A DNA stretch of 49,536 nt, filler included, from Jimgerdemannia flammicorona (Eukaryota): NCBI GenBank assembly GCA_003990765.1. It is 2 parts of 2 records of this genome, joined end to end, with 100 filler letters (N's around TTAATTAATTAA, not from the genome) between each part and the next. Parts side by side here need not be neighbours in the genome. Positions count along the whole stretch, not along the records: positions 1 to 24,722 come from RBNJ01000936.1; 1 more part is not named here. One strand, written 5' to 3'. Below are positions 1-12,760 of the stretch, piece after piece. The position numbers and the translations under genes were made by a program. Under the pieces are notes generated by a model, which saw only the letters and a program-made list of their open reading frames with translations, did not search any database and was not told the origin of the DNA. Position 1 is the first letter of the stretch. Every line of letters begins with the position of its first letter.

Positions 1-3000
1 CCAACCCACCCACCATCCAGTCAGCAGATCCCCCAGCAGCCCCTCCCATCTTAACATCTTCTCCTGTAGCCCCAACCACTGCCCCTCCTCAAATACAAAG
101 AGCCAATGTCCTGCCAGACCCACCCATACTGCCAATACCCATCCTACAGTGAGCCAACTATCACTCACCCCACCCACAAGCTGAGATCTCAGGTCCTCCC
201 AGTGCCCCCCCTCCCCCACCAGCCTATGCCCCACACCCAGTCTATCCTCTATTTCAATCCAAAATTCTCCCAAAACCTCACACTCCCCTAGCCAATGTTC
301 TGGCATCTGTATATAGCCCTCCACTCACCCACCATTATAGCACTCCTCACAGTTGAATCATCCACCATCAACCAAATGCCCCATGTGGAAATTCAGCATG
401 ACATTTTTACACAATATTCTCCACCATACCACCCAGAACTTGGGAGGAAGCCACCTCTGCACCTCTGCACTCCAAGATCAGATACCTGCCCAGTCCCACT
501 CCTCACCGATCCCTGCCACCTGCCAGCCACTCAGCCAAAGATCCTGGCCAAGCCCCTGCTGACACTCAACTCTCTCCCCAATATCAATGTAGCCAGTAGA
601 GCACCCCCCAGGAGCAGTCTATCCCAATGCCATATATTAGGCCCCCACACTGCCTCCCCCTCATTGCCTTGCCAGTGCAGGCCAATTCGGTGTGCTCCAT
701 TAGCCACTCCCCACTAAAAGCCCTTGAACTGCAGCCTCCAACTTCTATTTAGCTCCACCAAAGAGAGCAGATCCCCAGTGGACCCTCGAGGGGATGTTCA
801 TATCTCCCACACCTTCTGCAGCAGAGGCACCCAACCACCACCCTGTAGTTCCAAAGCTCTCTTCAACCACCAGGCCCTCAAGCAGTACAGCCTCTTAGGG
901 AAATCCACCAGACCAAGACCTCCCCTAACTACCAGTCTCGTAAGCATATCCCAACTGACCTGGGACCTCCTCCCCACCCAAATCCAGTCCCTAGCCACCT
1001 TTGTCAGCTTCTTCACCATCAATGTTGGGAAGTCAAGGTGATATACCACATGCCACAGCTTGGGGAACCAATATACATTCAGAATTGACACCCACCCAGC
1101 TAGTGAGATATGGCAACCTCCCCAATCTCGAAGGGCCTCCCCCCAAATAATCACCCAGTTCTCCCACTACACTCATGGCAAGATAGAGCCATATACAGAG
1201 AGGAAGATGCCCAGATACCACACCACCTCACCAGAAGGGACAATTGTTCCAATGATGTCTCCACCCACTAGCCCATTCCCTAGCACCATCATCTCACACT
1301 TATGCCAGTTGAGCTTTGCCCCTGAGTGAGCCTCATACCATTCCACAGTCTTCTGGAGAGCCTCTATATCTGCCACTGAGCCAAGTCCAACCACTATATC
1401 ATCAGCAAAGGCCCCCACTTTTTACACTATACCATATATAGAGAGCCCTGCCACCTTCTGGCGAATCCTATCCATCAACGGCTCCAGTGAAAGGGCATAG
1501 AGAATAGGGGACAGAGGGTCCTCCTGAGGAACTTCTCTTCCCAAGGAAAATGCCCTCCCATGGTGACCATTACACAACAGAGCTGCCCAACTGCTTTTCA
1601 GTAGACTCAAAATTGAGGCCCTGAATCTTGGGGGAACACCAATTCAGTCCAATACCTTGCCCAGCCACACCCACTGTACATGGTCATAGGCCTTCTCCTG
1701 GTACAAAAAGACCAACCTTCCATCTAGTCCATAGGCCTGGGCCCCTTCAATGACACCATGAACCCATGCAGTCCCATCTCTTATAAGTCTGCCCCCAACA
1801 AAACCCTGCTGCTCCTCTCCCAGCACCTGTTGGGCAACTTTCTGCAGCCTCATGACAATCACCTTAGTCACCATCTTCCTGTCCATATCCAGAAACATGA
1901 TTGGCCTCCAATTCTTCCAGTCTACCCTCCTCCCCTTGTCTTTGTACAATAAGGCCATCAGCCTGAGGTCCTGCTCTCCAACCCACTCACCACTCTGAAG
2001 GACATGGTCACAGAGAGCAGCCATCTCACCCAAAATACTGGGGACATCTACCATCTTCTTCCAGAAGTCCCATGGCAATCCATCCTCCCCTAGTGCTGTT
2101 CCAAGTGTAGTTGCTGCCAGGACACTCTGGATCTCCTCTCCCTGCACCAGTAAGATCAAGTCACCCAGTCTAGCTACTTGCAGCAGCCCCCACTCTTCTA
2201 GTGTATCCACAATCTCTGTCTCTTCAGCACCCCCTTCTCCCTCACTCCACAAGCCCTGTCATCTCTCCTTCAAAACCCCTAAGATTTGATGCATGCCATG
2301 TACCATATCCCCATCAGCATCCAGGACCCCATCCCACTGATGTCATACCCTCCTTGCTTTGAGAAGTCTTGATAAGTACCTAGTAGGCCGCTCACCCTCC
2401 TCAAGCCCCTGCCACCATAACCTAGCAGCCATACCCTGTATATGAGATTCCTCCTCCTCCCTCAACACCTGTTGTAGTTCCACTATCTCCAATTTTGCCC
2501 TCTCTATCCTCCAATCTTCAACCCCAACAACAGTGAGCAAATCTGCCCACTCCATTTGTAGCCTCCACAGCCTGCTGCAAGCACACCTCATGTGCCTCAT
2601 CCTCTTCCTCCCAGCCTCTCTGCCAGCCCCTCCCCAATAAACCCTCACAGCTTCTTTCAATCACATCCAGTAGACAGCCACAGGCAAACCCTCATGCCTC
2701 CAGATAAGAACTTTTGCCTGAATGTCCTCCACCCACAAATCCCACAACCTCTTCTCAGCCAGCAGAGAGGAGTTAAGGTGCCAATGTCCAGGTCTATCTC
2801 CACTCCCCCCAAACTGCTCCTGCCCCAACAGACCCCAGTGATCAGACCATGGGCACTACTCCACTTCCAATGCTTTCCAAACATCGGAACCCCAGCATGC
2901 CACCATCAGAATCCAGTCAATTCTTATACCCAAGCCATTCACCCAATGGGTGTGGACCCTGGCATCACTCCATCTGGTTCTGCCCATATCCCCCAAGAAG

Positions 3001-3518
3001 CTCAATGTCTCCACCTCCTTCCATATATCCAGACCTCCACTCCTACCCCCAGCACTCCTCCCTCCATCAGTTCTGTCCAGCCACGGATCCCTAACCATAT
3101 TAAAGTCCCCACCGAGAACATCAACCCCTTCCTCCAAGAGAATACCCTCCTCTAGCAGCCCCCTAATCCAAGTAGTCCTCTCACCCCTAGCTGCAGGGCA
3201 GTAGCAAGAACCCACCTTCACCGATTCCCAACCTGGCTGATGCCAATCACCCCAGACCAAGCGATCACCCCAGCTCCTGACACCCCCCAAGTCTCCACTG
3301 CCCTTCCTCACCAGAATCACCACCTTTCCAAACCAAGCAGTAGCCCTACCCCATTCCCTAGTCCACTCTACCCGATCATCCTCATCCTCACACCAAACAT
3401 CCTGTAGTAAAAAGAGATCAGCCTCCAATCCCTTGAGCCAAGTGAAAATGTTCTTACACCACCCAGAGCCCCTCAGCCCATTCACATTCAAGGAAAAAAT
3501 GTTGGTTATACTGTTCAT
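1..3518 (-). pseudogene. LINE ORF2 (APE endonuclease + reverse transcriptase + zf-RVT), fragmented
   Basis: ORF fragments 2856..3563, 2343..2660, 1644..2252, 1422..1610, 1173..1418 and 798..1154 carry EN and RT motifs in the expected order. Confidence 0.9.
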
Positions 3519-3549
3519 AGAAAATAATAATAAATCATGGTTCCACCCT

Positions 3550-5621
3550 CTACAAGTCTGCATTCCGCTCCTCCTGCACTAAGTCTAAGTCATGTTCAGC
3601 AGCTAGTTCCTTCTCCCCAGCTTCCCATGCCACCAACTCTCCCAGAAGTTCAACCATTGCCCCATCTTCATGCTCCTCAAAGTCCTCGCGATACTCCAGA
3701 CAGGCCTCCTGCCAGAGCTGCAGCCCATGATGCTCTGCCCAACAGTAGGCCGCCTGCTCACCCGCAACCACCCCCAGCTCTGCCTTCCTCACCTCATCAA
3801 CCTCATATTCCTCCTCCTCTAGGAAGATTGCCAGAATCTCCACCTTCAATGCCTCCACTATTCCATCACCATGCAGAATCTGTGCCCAATGCTCCTCAGG
3901 CATTGCCCTCAGGTCTACTTCCCCCAAGGCCTCTGCTGCGAGATTATCCATCACCATGTGCATCCACAACAAGTTTCCCACCTCCTTTCCTCCTGGAGTC
4001 CCCAGTCACCCTGCATCCAACATTGTGGTGTCAGCCCCTACACTGGTAGCCTCATCCCACTCCTCCTCAGGGACATCCACCAGCTCATCCTCACCAACTG
4101 CCACCACCTGACCCCCTTGCTCCACATCAGGGACCCCAAAGCGCACCTACTGGGCCCCCTGTATCCATGTATCCTCTATCGGCCCTCTCTTCCCAACTGG
4201 TCCCCTTCTGATAAGTAGGGATAGGGTGGTATCCAACACCAGCTTCTACACTTCAAAGGTACCATCAGCAAAGGGGTTCTTGTCCATCACCTTCCCAGCC
4301 TCTATCTCCTTCACCTCTACCTCCTCTCCTCCTTTACCAGCCCAGACACTGGCCTTAATACCTCCAGACTCCTCAGCTCTAACTGACTTCTTCACCACCC
4401 TTCTGTCATACTTGCCAATAGCTCCCTCTGCCTCTTGCACCCCTGGGCCTACTCCCACTGCTTCTTATCTGTACAGATGTGCTTCCCACCCACAACCTCC
4501 AGGTGTGTCGACTCCTCATACAGTTTTCAGGCCTTCATCCTCTTTGCCACAGTACCACTCAACTCCTCTAGCACCTCCAATAAGTCCTCCTCCTCCTCTT
4601 CACTCCCTTTCACCCTCGACACCTTGCAGATGATGGCTCCCCACATCAGCACTGAGGGCCAGTCACATGTCTTCCCTGTAGCCTCCTTCCCCACCAATCG
4701 AATCCTGACATCCATATCACCTGTCCTGATAGTTGTCCCCTCCCACAACTGAAAGCCAACATCCACCATGTCACCATACTCTACTATCACCTCCTCTACC
4801 CTCTTCCTAGTCTCCTCCTTCATCACCATGGGCACCCCCCTCACCAGGAGTTGCACCACCCTGGGGTCCCACCTTAAGCACCTCACTATGGGGACCACCA
4901 CCTCCCCAACCACCATGCCAGTCTTCATGGCCTCATTCAGTAGGCCTGCCTCCTCAAAGCCCACCTCAACCCCTTCCAGGCCCTTCAAGAACTTAACTGA
5001 GGCCACACCAGCCACCTGCCTCAAGATAAGCCCCAGGACTATCCTCGCTGTCACCACCAAGCCTCTGAAGTACAAGGTAGCCGCAAACTCCGAGATCGAC
5101 TTCTTGAGCAATGGCGCTACCACCAGTCCTGTTATACCATCTGCCAGGTCCTCTTTCCTCATTGGGACCCCCTGCCCCCTCTGACCATCAGCTGTCACAT
5201 CTCTTTTTTTTTCCTGATTCACCATCATGCCCCCATCAGTAGTCCTGCCACTACCCCCAGCAGTCCCTCCACTTCCCCCACCTCCCACCAGCAAAGACCC
5301 AGCTCCCCCAACATCCCCAGCCTTCTGCTTCCCCTTCCCTCCCACCTGATCACTGCAGGCTCCCACCAGCCAACCCCCAGCCCTCAGTATGTCTGCAAAG
5401 CTCCTCCCCTGCTGCCCTCCAGCCCCCCCACCAGTGCTGCCTCTACTACCCAAGCTGCCCAGGCCACTCGAGCCACCAAAAGACCCCACCCCCAGCCCAT
5501 GCCCCCTCCCAACATGCTGCCAATTGAAAGCCCCACATCTATCTGACCTAGTATGCATGTTGGCTTGCTTGCTGCTTGACATCTTCTTAATAACTTTTCT
5601 CTGAGTTGTGTCGAAAACCAT
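3550..5621 (-). pseudogene. LINE ORF1 (Gly-rich N-terminus, RRM-like middle, acidic C-terminus), interrupted
   Basis: ORF track 4527..5621, 4246..4458 and 3550..3981; colinear with ORF1 of copy 2. Confidence 0.8.
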
Positions 5622-5669
5622 TGCTTAAAGTTTTGTGTAATGTGAATTGTACCAGAGAGAGGTGAGCCC

Positions 5670-7415
5670 GGCTAAACTGATTGCCCTATACTGTGCAGTG
5701 AATTTATCTCATCATTGTGGGGATGATCAGACTGATATAACCAGTTGGTGCAGCTTAGAAATTATACTCAGGACCCCTCCTCTCTCAGATATTTTGTCTA
5801 TGTGTATAAGATAGTCCTGAATAGTGAGGTTCAGTATGTGGACCTGGCATCATACACAGCAGCTTTCTGCACTGAAGGCCATGTTTTTCTGTTTGAGACT
5901 GGCTACTAAAACTTTGAAAAATGTTGAGTTGTTTGTGACATTGTCCATCATAATGGCCAAAATCTGTACTTGAAATATTCAGTTGGCAAATTTATGTGAA
6001 AATAAATAAATAACTAATAAAATTTGGTTTGTTTTAGGACCTCCCTCAAAATGCCAACCTGATGGCAAGCCCTTCTTTTTTACCTTGATTGTGACCCCAA
6101 GCTCCCAGATATAACTAATAAAAGCATCTGCGATGTTGTCTCCAGAATGAGGGCCAGCAAGTTTGATGAAGTCAAGAGTGAGAGATTTAAGCTGCCAATT
6201 GAGGTCAATCCAATGACCAGTAATGCTCAGAAATGAAATTGCATTGGGAGATATCTATGTGTCAATTATAAATGAAATTTTGCCTGCCAAATTCTGCTTA
6301 TTAAATGTGAGGTTAAATTGGTGAGTTCTTTTATATAATTCAGCTTACAAAGGTCATGGTGCTGCCCTTATTTTACCTGAAGTGTCTGGCGGAGATTGTC
6401 ATGCTCCTTCCTATAGGTCTCCAGGACATCTTTGTGAATAGTATCAGCACTTGGCAAATATAAATCATACTTGAGGAGACCAAAGATGCTATGCAATTGA
6501 TCACTCTCAATAGTTGTGAATGGCTGGTCTATACACACAATCCAGCAAATGAGCCGATTTTGAAATTCTGCTGAAGAGTATGGCTAAATATTTTTGATTA
6601 AATGGCATTATTGGTATAGAAATGGTTGAGCAATCAGATAAATGTATCCACCATAACTTGGATGTTGATTTTATTTATCTCTATGTTCTTTTTGATTTTT
6701 TCAGAGTACTTGTCTTTTATATATTGATTCATGTTTGAAGTCATACCACCAAGCATTTTGAACTTCTGGCTAGTGCAGTTTATGGGGGTGGGTGAAACAA
6801 TATCATGTATGTATCAAAACAAAAAGTATCAATAGGTGCATCTTAATTTTTTACCTGCAATAATTACAAACAACATCATCTCCTATCTTAGCACAATGTT
6901 GCCAGATTTCAGAGTGAGGATTGCATGGAAGGTGTGGAACTATCAGAGATGTTTGACTTGAAGCATCATTAGTACTGTGAACTATTGAAGACTGATCTGT
7001 CGACATGTGTGTTTGTGTGTTTGCATGTATATGTATATGTGTATATGTGTATTGTGTTTACATGTATATGTATTGTGTTGTGGATACATCCAGCATATGA
7101 GTCATGTGGAGGATTTGGATTGGAGGATTCAGTTGAAGGATTCAGATGAGGATTCAGATTGAAGAATTCAAATTGGAGGATTCAGATTGAGTGATTCAGA
7201 TTGAGTGATTCAGATTGAGTGATTTGGATTGAGTGATTCAAATTGAGTGATTCAGATTGGGGTGGTTCAGATGGATGATTCAGATGGAGTGATTCAGATG
7301 GGGCGATTCAGATTAATCTGAGTTGATTCAGATGGCTTCAGTTGAGATTCAGATCAAACCATCATGTGATGAATTGAATCCAGATTTGATTCGAATTGAC
7401 TCATTCAGAGCACTA
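5670..7415 (-). mobile_element. hAT (Ac-like) DNA transposon, 5' part, copy 1 (heavily C->T mutated); cut by LINE copy 1
   Basis: Aligns to 24972-26852 along its length. Terminus reads TAGTGCTC... on the minus strand at 7415. Decayed transposase motifs (SPNAISFL, HWIDLNW, GPHSGDNIADAF, DN..N) and a subterminal tandem array are present. Confidence 0.88.
7110..7400. repeat. hAT subterminal tandem array, ~14-bp unit GATTCAGATTGAGT
   Basis: Direct tandem units; the CpG-lost version of the GATTCGGATTGAGT array at 26420-26840. Confidence 0.9.
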
Positions 7416-7417
7416 AC

Positions 7418-7804
7418 CCCAAGGCCAAACCCTCAACCAATGCTTACCAAGAAGATATAGAGTATGACCTCTACAGTCTGGAGGATGAACTCATCAAATC
7501 TGGAAGAACACTGATATTCAGAACTAAACTAGCCATGCAGCCACCTCAAGGAACTTATATCCTACTGATCTCAAGGTCTGGACTTGCCAGACAAGGAGTA
7601 ACTATAAAAGGAGAAACCATAGACTCAGAATATATAGGTGAAATTAAGATCATTCTGCACAACAGTAGTATAGAATGGCACTAAATTCTTAGAGGACAGA
7701 AGATTGCTCAAGCAGTCTTCATGAAAGTCAAGACCCCCCAATTATAAGAAGTCTTCAAACTGACTGAAGGAATAAGGCAAGTTAAAGGATTTGGAAGCTC
7801 AGAC
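7418..7804 (+). pseudogene. dUTPase domain within Gypsy A pol
   Basis: One frame shows all five dUTPase motifs in order: EYDLY, SRSGLA, GETIDSEYIGEIKIIL, KIAQ, RQVKGFGSS. Only two stops, both TAA (7682, 7745). Confidence 0.88.
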
Positions 7805-10663
7805 AAGAAGAAAGTATATCTCCTTAAGATCAACCACCGCTCCTCAGCAAGTATATTTCCAATCAGTCAAACTGCATAAGAATCTCATCCTAGAGCTGAG
7901 AGAGCAAACTACCTTCAAAATCTTTGCACCATTCAATTCCAGGAATCTCTTCTTTGAACCCAATGAAGACATCCCAAATCTGGATATTAAAGGATATACA
8001 TTCTCTGACAAGATGAATCCAGTACACTTCTGAGCAACCAACCAGATCTGGAAAAGTATCATCTTACTAAAAGGAACCATCATAGGACAATTGGTGTCCT
8101 TCCTCAACTGAACTCACAGAGAAGTCTATGAGCTAAATCTGTTGGGAAACAGCAAAAGATCTCAGAAGAAAAGAAAGACCCCTCTGCAATCCAGGAAACT
8201 GTAAAGCCTTTCACCAATATTGGAGAAGAATTGACATCCCAGCAATCAACAACTAGTGAAACTTCTCAATAAATATCAAGATATCTTTATCACTGATTAT
8301 GGTAACCTGCTATATAACCCATTATACTACTATAGTATAAATATAGGAAATATAACACCCATCTAGCAGAAATCCTATAAAATACCTCATTATCTAAAGA
8401 TATTTGAAAAGGAGTATATTTGAGAACTCTTAGACAATAGAGTCATCCAACCCTCTCTCAGTCCTTGGGCCAGCCCTATACTTATTGTATCAAAGAAAGG
8501 AGGATAGAGATTTTGTATAGATTACAGAAAGCTCAACTCAGTAATAAAAAAGGATACCTATCTCTTGCCTAGAATCAATGATCTCTTAGACTAGTTACAA
8601 GATGTCAGATACTTCAGCAATATGGACCTTTTTGAAGGATTCTATAAGATTCCCATGAATTCCAAAGATATTCAGAAGACAGCTTTTCTAGCTCTAGGAA
8701 AACTGTTTAAGTATCTCCAAATATCTTTTAGACTTTGTAATGCACCTCCCACCTTCTAGAGAATGATTAACTCAATCTATAGCTCATTGATCTACTACTG
8801 TCTGATTGTATATATGGATGATTCCAATATCTATTCAGCAAATTTCAAGGAATATCTGCACTAATTAGAAGAATTCTTCAAGCTCACCTGTAAGAACTAT
8901 CTGAGACTTAATGCCAAGAAATACTACTTTGGGAAACAGAAACTTAAATTCTTTGAATTTATAGTTTCAAAAGAAGGAACCCATGTAGACCCAAAGAAAA
9001 CCAAGAAGATCAACAACTGGCCAGTACCCAAGACCCCAAAGGAAACTCTATTATTTCTGATGCTAGTGTCCTACTACTGAAGGTTTATTAAGGACTTTGC
9101 CCAAATTGCTGCCCCAATCTGGATTCTTCTCAAGAAAGAAGTACTATATAATAGACAGAATCACAAGCACTAGCTTTCAAGAAACTCAAGCACTATATCA
9201 CTATAGCCCCAATCCTTGTGCATTCCAATCTATAAAAGTCATTTATCTTATATACAGATGTTTCCAAAGATGGTCTTAGAGCAGTTCTATTCCAGGAAGG
9301 ACCTGATCAACAATACTATATGATATCTTATACAAGCTGAGCTATCAATCAGCAGCAGACCAACTATGGTAGCACTAAATTGGAATATATTACAGTCATA
9401 TGAGCTGTAATCCTGTTTAAGTATTATCTTATCAGAAAAAGATTCATCCTGATAACTAACCATACTGCTCTCAAATAGCTATTCAACTGTAAGAAACCCA
9501 CTGAAATCCAAGCCTGCTGGATCTTTATCCTTCAGGATTACAAAATCACAATTATTTATAAAGTAGGGAAAGCTTATAATAATGTTGATATACTTTCCTA
9601 CTAACTCCAATAAACCAAAAGAAGGATGTACCATAAAACTATACCCTAAAGAAAGTGCCTCAGACCATTAAAGCACAAGAAGATCTCATTTAAAAAGGAC
9701 ACCAGAATGCCCACCAAGAATAGACAAATATAGAAGAAAAGCTGCAAACAATATCCAATATTGGTCCAATCTCAGAACATAAGTTCAGGATATATATTCT
9801 TAAGAAATGTGACATCTGCTGGAAGTACTAAGAAAGGAAGAACCATCAAGCACTACTACAATCAATCATACCACCAGACAATATCTTTCAGAGATGGAGA
9901 GTAGATATAATTGGACCTCTACTAGTTACACTAAGAAGAAACAAGTATATCCTTGTATTTGTGAAATATCTAACCAAGTGGCCTGAAGTTTTCCCAATGG
10001 AAATTGCAGTTGTAGGACTTCTTCATGGACTTACACTCAGATATGGACCTTCAGAAGAACTTATCTCTAATTGAGGCATAGAATTCATCAATTATATAAT
10101 TATAAGTTATGCCCAAATTCACAAGATCCATCTTAAACAGACTATATCATACCACCCTCAGACCAATAGTATGGCAGAACAAATGAACTAGACCATTAAG
10201 AAAGAACTTGTCTGAGTCAATCCTACTAACTGAGACCTCTGCTTATCTGAGATCCTATGGGAAATTCAGAACACTCCTATTGTCTCTACTAAACAAAAGC
10301 CCTTTAAGATGATATTTTCCAAGAAAACCAGAACTGCTAACCATAAGAACCTCAGAGACCTCTTCAAGAAGGCAGAATAGTTATATAATCAAGCATAAGT
10401 TCTGATTATCAAGGCCCAAGAGAGACAAAAGAAGTACTATGACCAGAAGCAGAAAGATCAGAAGATCAAGATTGGAGATCAAGTATTAGTTTGAAGAAGT
10501 ATGATTGAAATGAACTTTGCTGCTAAACTGGAACCCAAATGGGAAGAATCTTAACTTATATACAATATCAGAGAAACTAGCATCTATTTAAGAAGCATAG
10601 ATAGACAAACCCTGAGAACATCAGTATATATCAACCACCTCAAGATATATCTCTTTCCATAAT

Positions 10664-11174
10664 ATAAACTAGACAATTGACCACTATCTCTAAACTCTTA
10701 TCCTGAGTTCATTCCAATTACTTCCAGTACTCTTACTACAATTTTACCAAGCCAATAGAAATCCCCTCCAACTAATTCAGACCTATTAGAAGAACCTCCC
10801 TCTGGTCAGACATTTACTATAAGTCTACTAGCTATAGGCCTACTATGTAATTGGAGAGCAGTTATAGAACCTCTAGCCTCAGATATAACCTATATCAGGA
10901 ACTCCACTGGCCTGATCTGAAAAATACCACTGCTGTAGATAGATTATATATAATCTACAAACAAACCACCCCAGCACTGATACAGGCATAGTTCTCTCTA
11001 AATGATATATAATAAATAAATCCTATCACCTATCTGAGTATCATCAACTATATCAAAATCCTGTTTTCAGAGAAAGAAAAAGAACTCATTAAATAGAGTA
11101 ACTCTGATCCAAACAAAGATAACAGTTCAGATATCGATGCCAAAGATGCTTATGCATACTAAGATGATGACTAA
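10664..11174 (+). pseudogene. Accessory ORF (ORF-X family) between pol and LTR of Gypsy A
   Basis: PLQLIQTY*KNLPLVRHLL*VY*L*AYYVIGEQL aligns ungapped to the LTR ORF at 29259. One frameshift near 10870; acidic tail. Confidence 0.6.
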
Positions 11175-11214
11175 AGAATAGTTTGAGGACAGATCATCCT
11201 TTAGTGGATACTGA

Positions 11215-12449
11215 TGTAATGAGCAGCAGAATTGTACTGCCAAAATCATTAATTAGCCACATACAATATCTAGTATACTAAGCAACTAAGACTGCTTTAC
11301 TACACCTATTTGTATAATTAGCCAGAGATATCAGAAATAGTATTTTTATCTGTACCAGTCCCATATACTGTACTCAGTTCACTGTATAAGTCTAGTATAC
11401 TATATTATCCAGGAATACTTGCCATAGATAGCAATCTATAATTAGCCATATAGCAACCAGATAGTAACCACAACTGTATAAAATACCCCAGAGACAAGAG
11501 TGAATAAACCTCAGTCTGAAAAGTTCCAAATAAAAAGACAAGTCTATCTACTATACTTTGAGAGATATGTCTGCTAAAAGCCAATTAATCTAGAAAGGAT
11601 TGCAATACTTAGGAGAAATGCTTGCTCTAAAGCCACTACTAGAAGATTGTGAGCTTTGCTATTTCTACTCCAGTCTACTTTCTGAAAAAAAGAATGAGTC
11701 TATTTTTCAGAAGAAGTCTACTACATTTTTGATTTACTTGCCAGATAAGCCTAAAGAATCTGCATCTTCTGCCATTTTCAAGTTATATACTACCATTCCC
11801 AGAGAGCCTGATCCTTGTCACCAAGTCAGTCTTCTGATACAACTTTGTAATAGAGTCAGTCTATTGATGTAACTCTGTGCAAATGAAGCCAGTCTTTGAT
11901 ATAACTAGCCAGGAATCCACCATCCAAGCTATTTTCCAGAAGCCCACTGATTCAGGAAGAATCTGCATCATCCAAGTTATCTGAGTTATCTGAGTTATCT
12001 GAGTTATCTAAATTATCTGAGTCATTTAAGTTATTAAGTTATCTGATATTCTCAGTAAGCTGCCAATTTAGGAGAATCTGTGCCAAATTGAGTTATCTGC
12101 CAAAATCACATAAGGAAACCACTCACACTATATAGAGATCATCATACAGAAATCACATACTTTTGGAAACAAGATTGTCATGCAGAAATCGCATAAGGAA
12201 CCCATCATGCTATACAGAGATTGCCACCACTCAAGAAGGAAACTACTAAATTGCCAATCACCACTACATCCAGAGAACTTTCCCAATAAGGAAATTGACC
12301 ATTATATCTAGATTAACTATTATACTACTAAACACCAATAAGGAATATTAGAATATTTGATTGCTTTTGATAAAGTAACTGGGGGCTCAAGCCAAACTAT
12401 ATCAATCCCCAACCTTGTAATTTACCTCTATTGAGCTGAGCATATTACA
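11215..12449 (+). repeat. 3' LTR of Gypsy A (~1.24 kb)
   Basis: 6-bp inverted termini TGTAAT/ATTACA; TATA-like GTATAAAAT near 11476; homologous to 12761-14282. Confidence 0.8.
11974..12046. repeat. 9-bp tandem repeat (GAGTTATCT)n inside the LTR
   Basis: Direct inspection. Confidence 0.85.
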
Positions 12450-12760
12450 ATATATATTACTATATTCTTACTAATAGAATTATAAATATATAATAAAGTT
12501 ATAAATTTCTCTAATAATAAAAAGTGTAAATATATAAGCAATAGATAATAAATATAAATTACTTATTAAGAGAGATATTTAGAAACTAATATCTCTATAA
12601 ATATTTCTTTTAATTAATATATATAATATATCTAATATAAATAAGAATAATAATTTATTATTATAGAAATAAAAAAAAAAAGCTAAAAAAATTAAAATAA
12701 CTTTATAAAAATTCAAAATATTTGATCTTAGAGATATATTTTATTTTTTAGGTATATAAT

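Larger units (their letters stand above)
1..5650 (-). mobile_element. L1/Tx1-clade non-LTR retrotransposon (LINE copy 1), 5'-complete, decayed; 3' end runs off the window
   Basis: Minus-strand ORF1 fragments 5621-3550. ORF2 starts at ATG 3518 with APE endonuclease motifs (SLNVNGLR, LLQD, GGDFN, RIDWI). RT motifs follow (WRPI..L..D.K..TKV, EEQQGFVGGR, QEKAYDHV, VPQEDPLSP.LY, FADD), and a CX2C..H.4C finger lies near 300-400. Many stops and frameshifts. The 5' end ACAATTCACATTACAC is shared with copy 2. Confidence 0.93.
7416..12449 (+). mobile_element. Ty3/Gypsy LTR retrotransposon A (dUTPase-RT-RNaseH-integrase, extra ORF, 3' LTR), decayed, 5' part displaced by the hAT
   Basis: Manual translation gives RT (SPWASPILIV..K, RFCIDYRKLN, YMDD near 8811), RNase H (FILYTDVS..., TNHTALK) and integrase (VDIIGPL, YHPQTN, KLEPKW). 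The LTR runs TGTAAT(11215)...ATTACA(12449). Confidence 0.92.

Noticed and set aside
106..5604. Many Pro/Ser-rich plus-strand ORFs
   Set aside because: Antisense shadows of the G-rich LINE coding strand.
11500..12300. ORF-X-like gene inside the LTR of Gypsy A or the solo LTR
   Set aside because: No family motifs were found in the frames I read; the sequence is dominated by short internal repeats.
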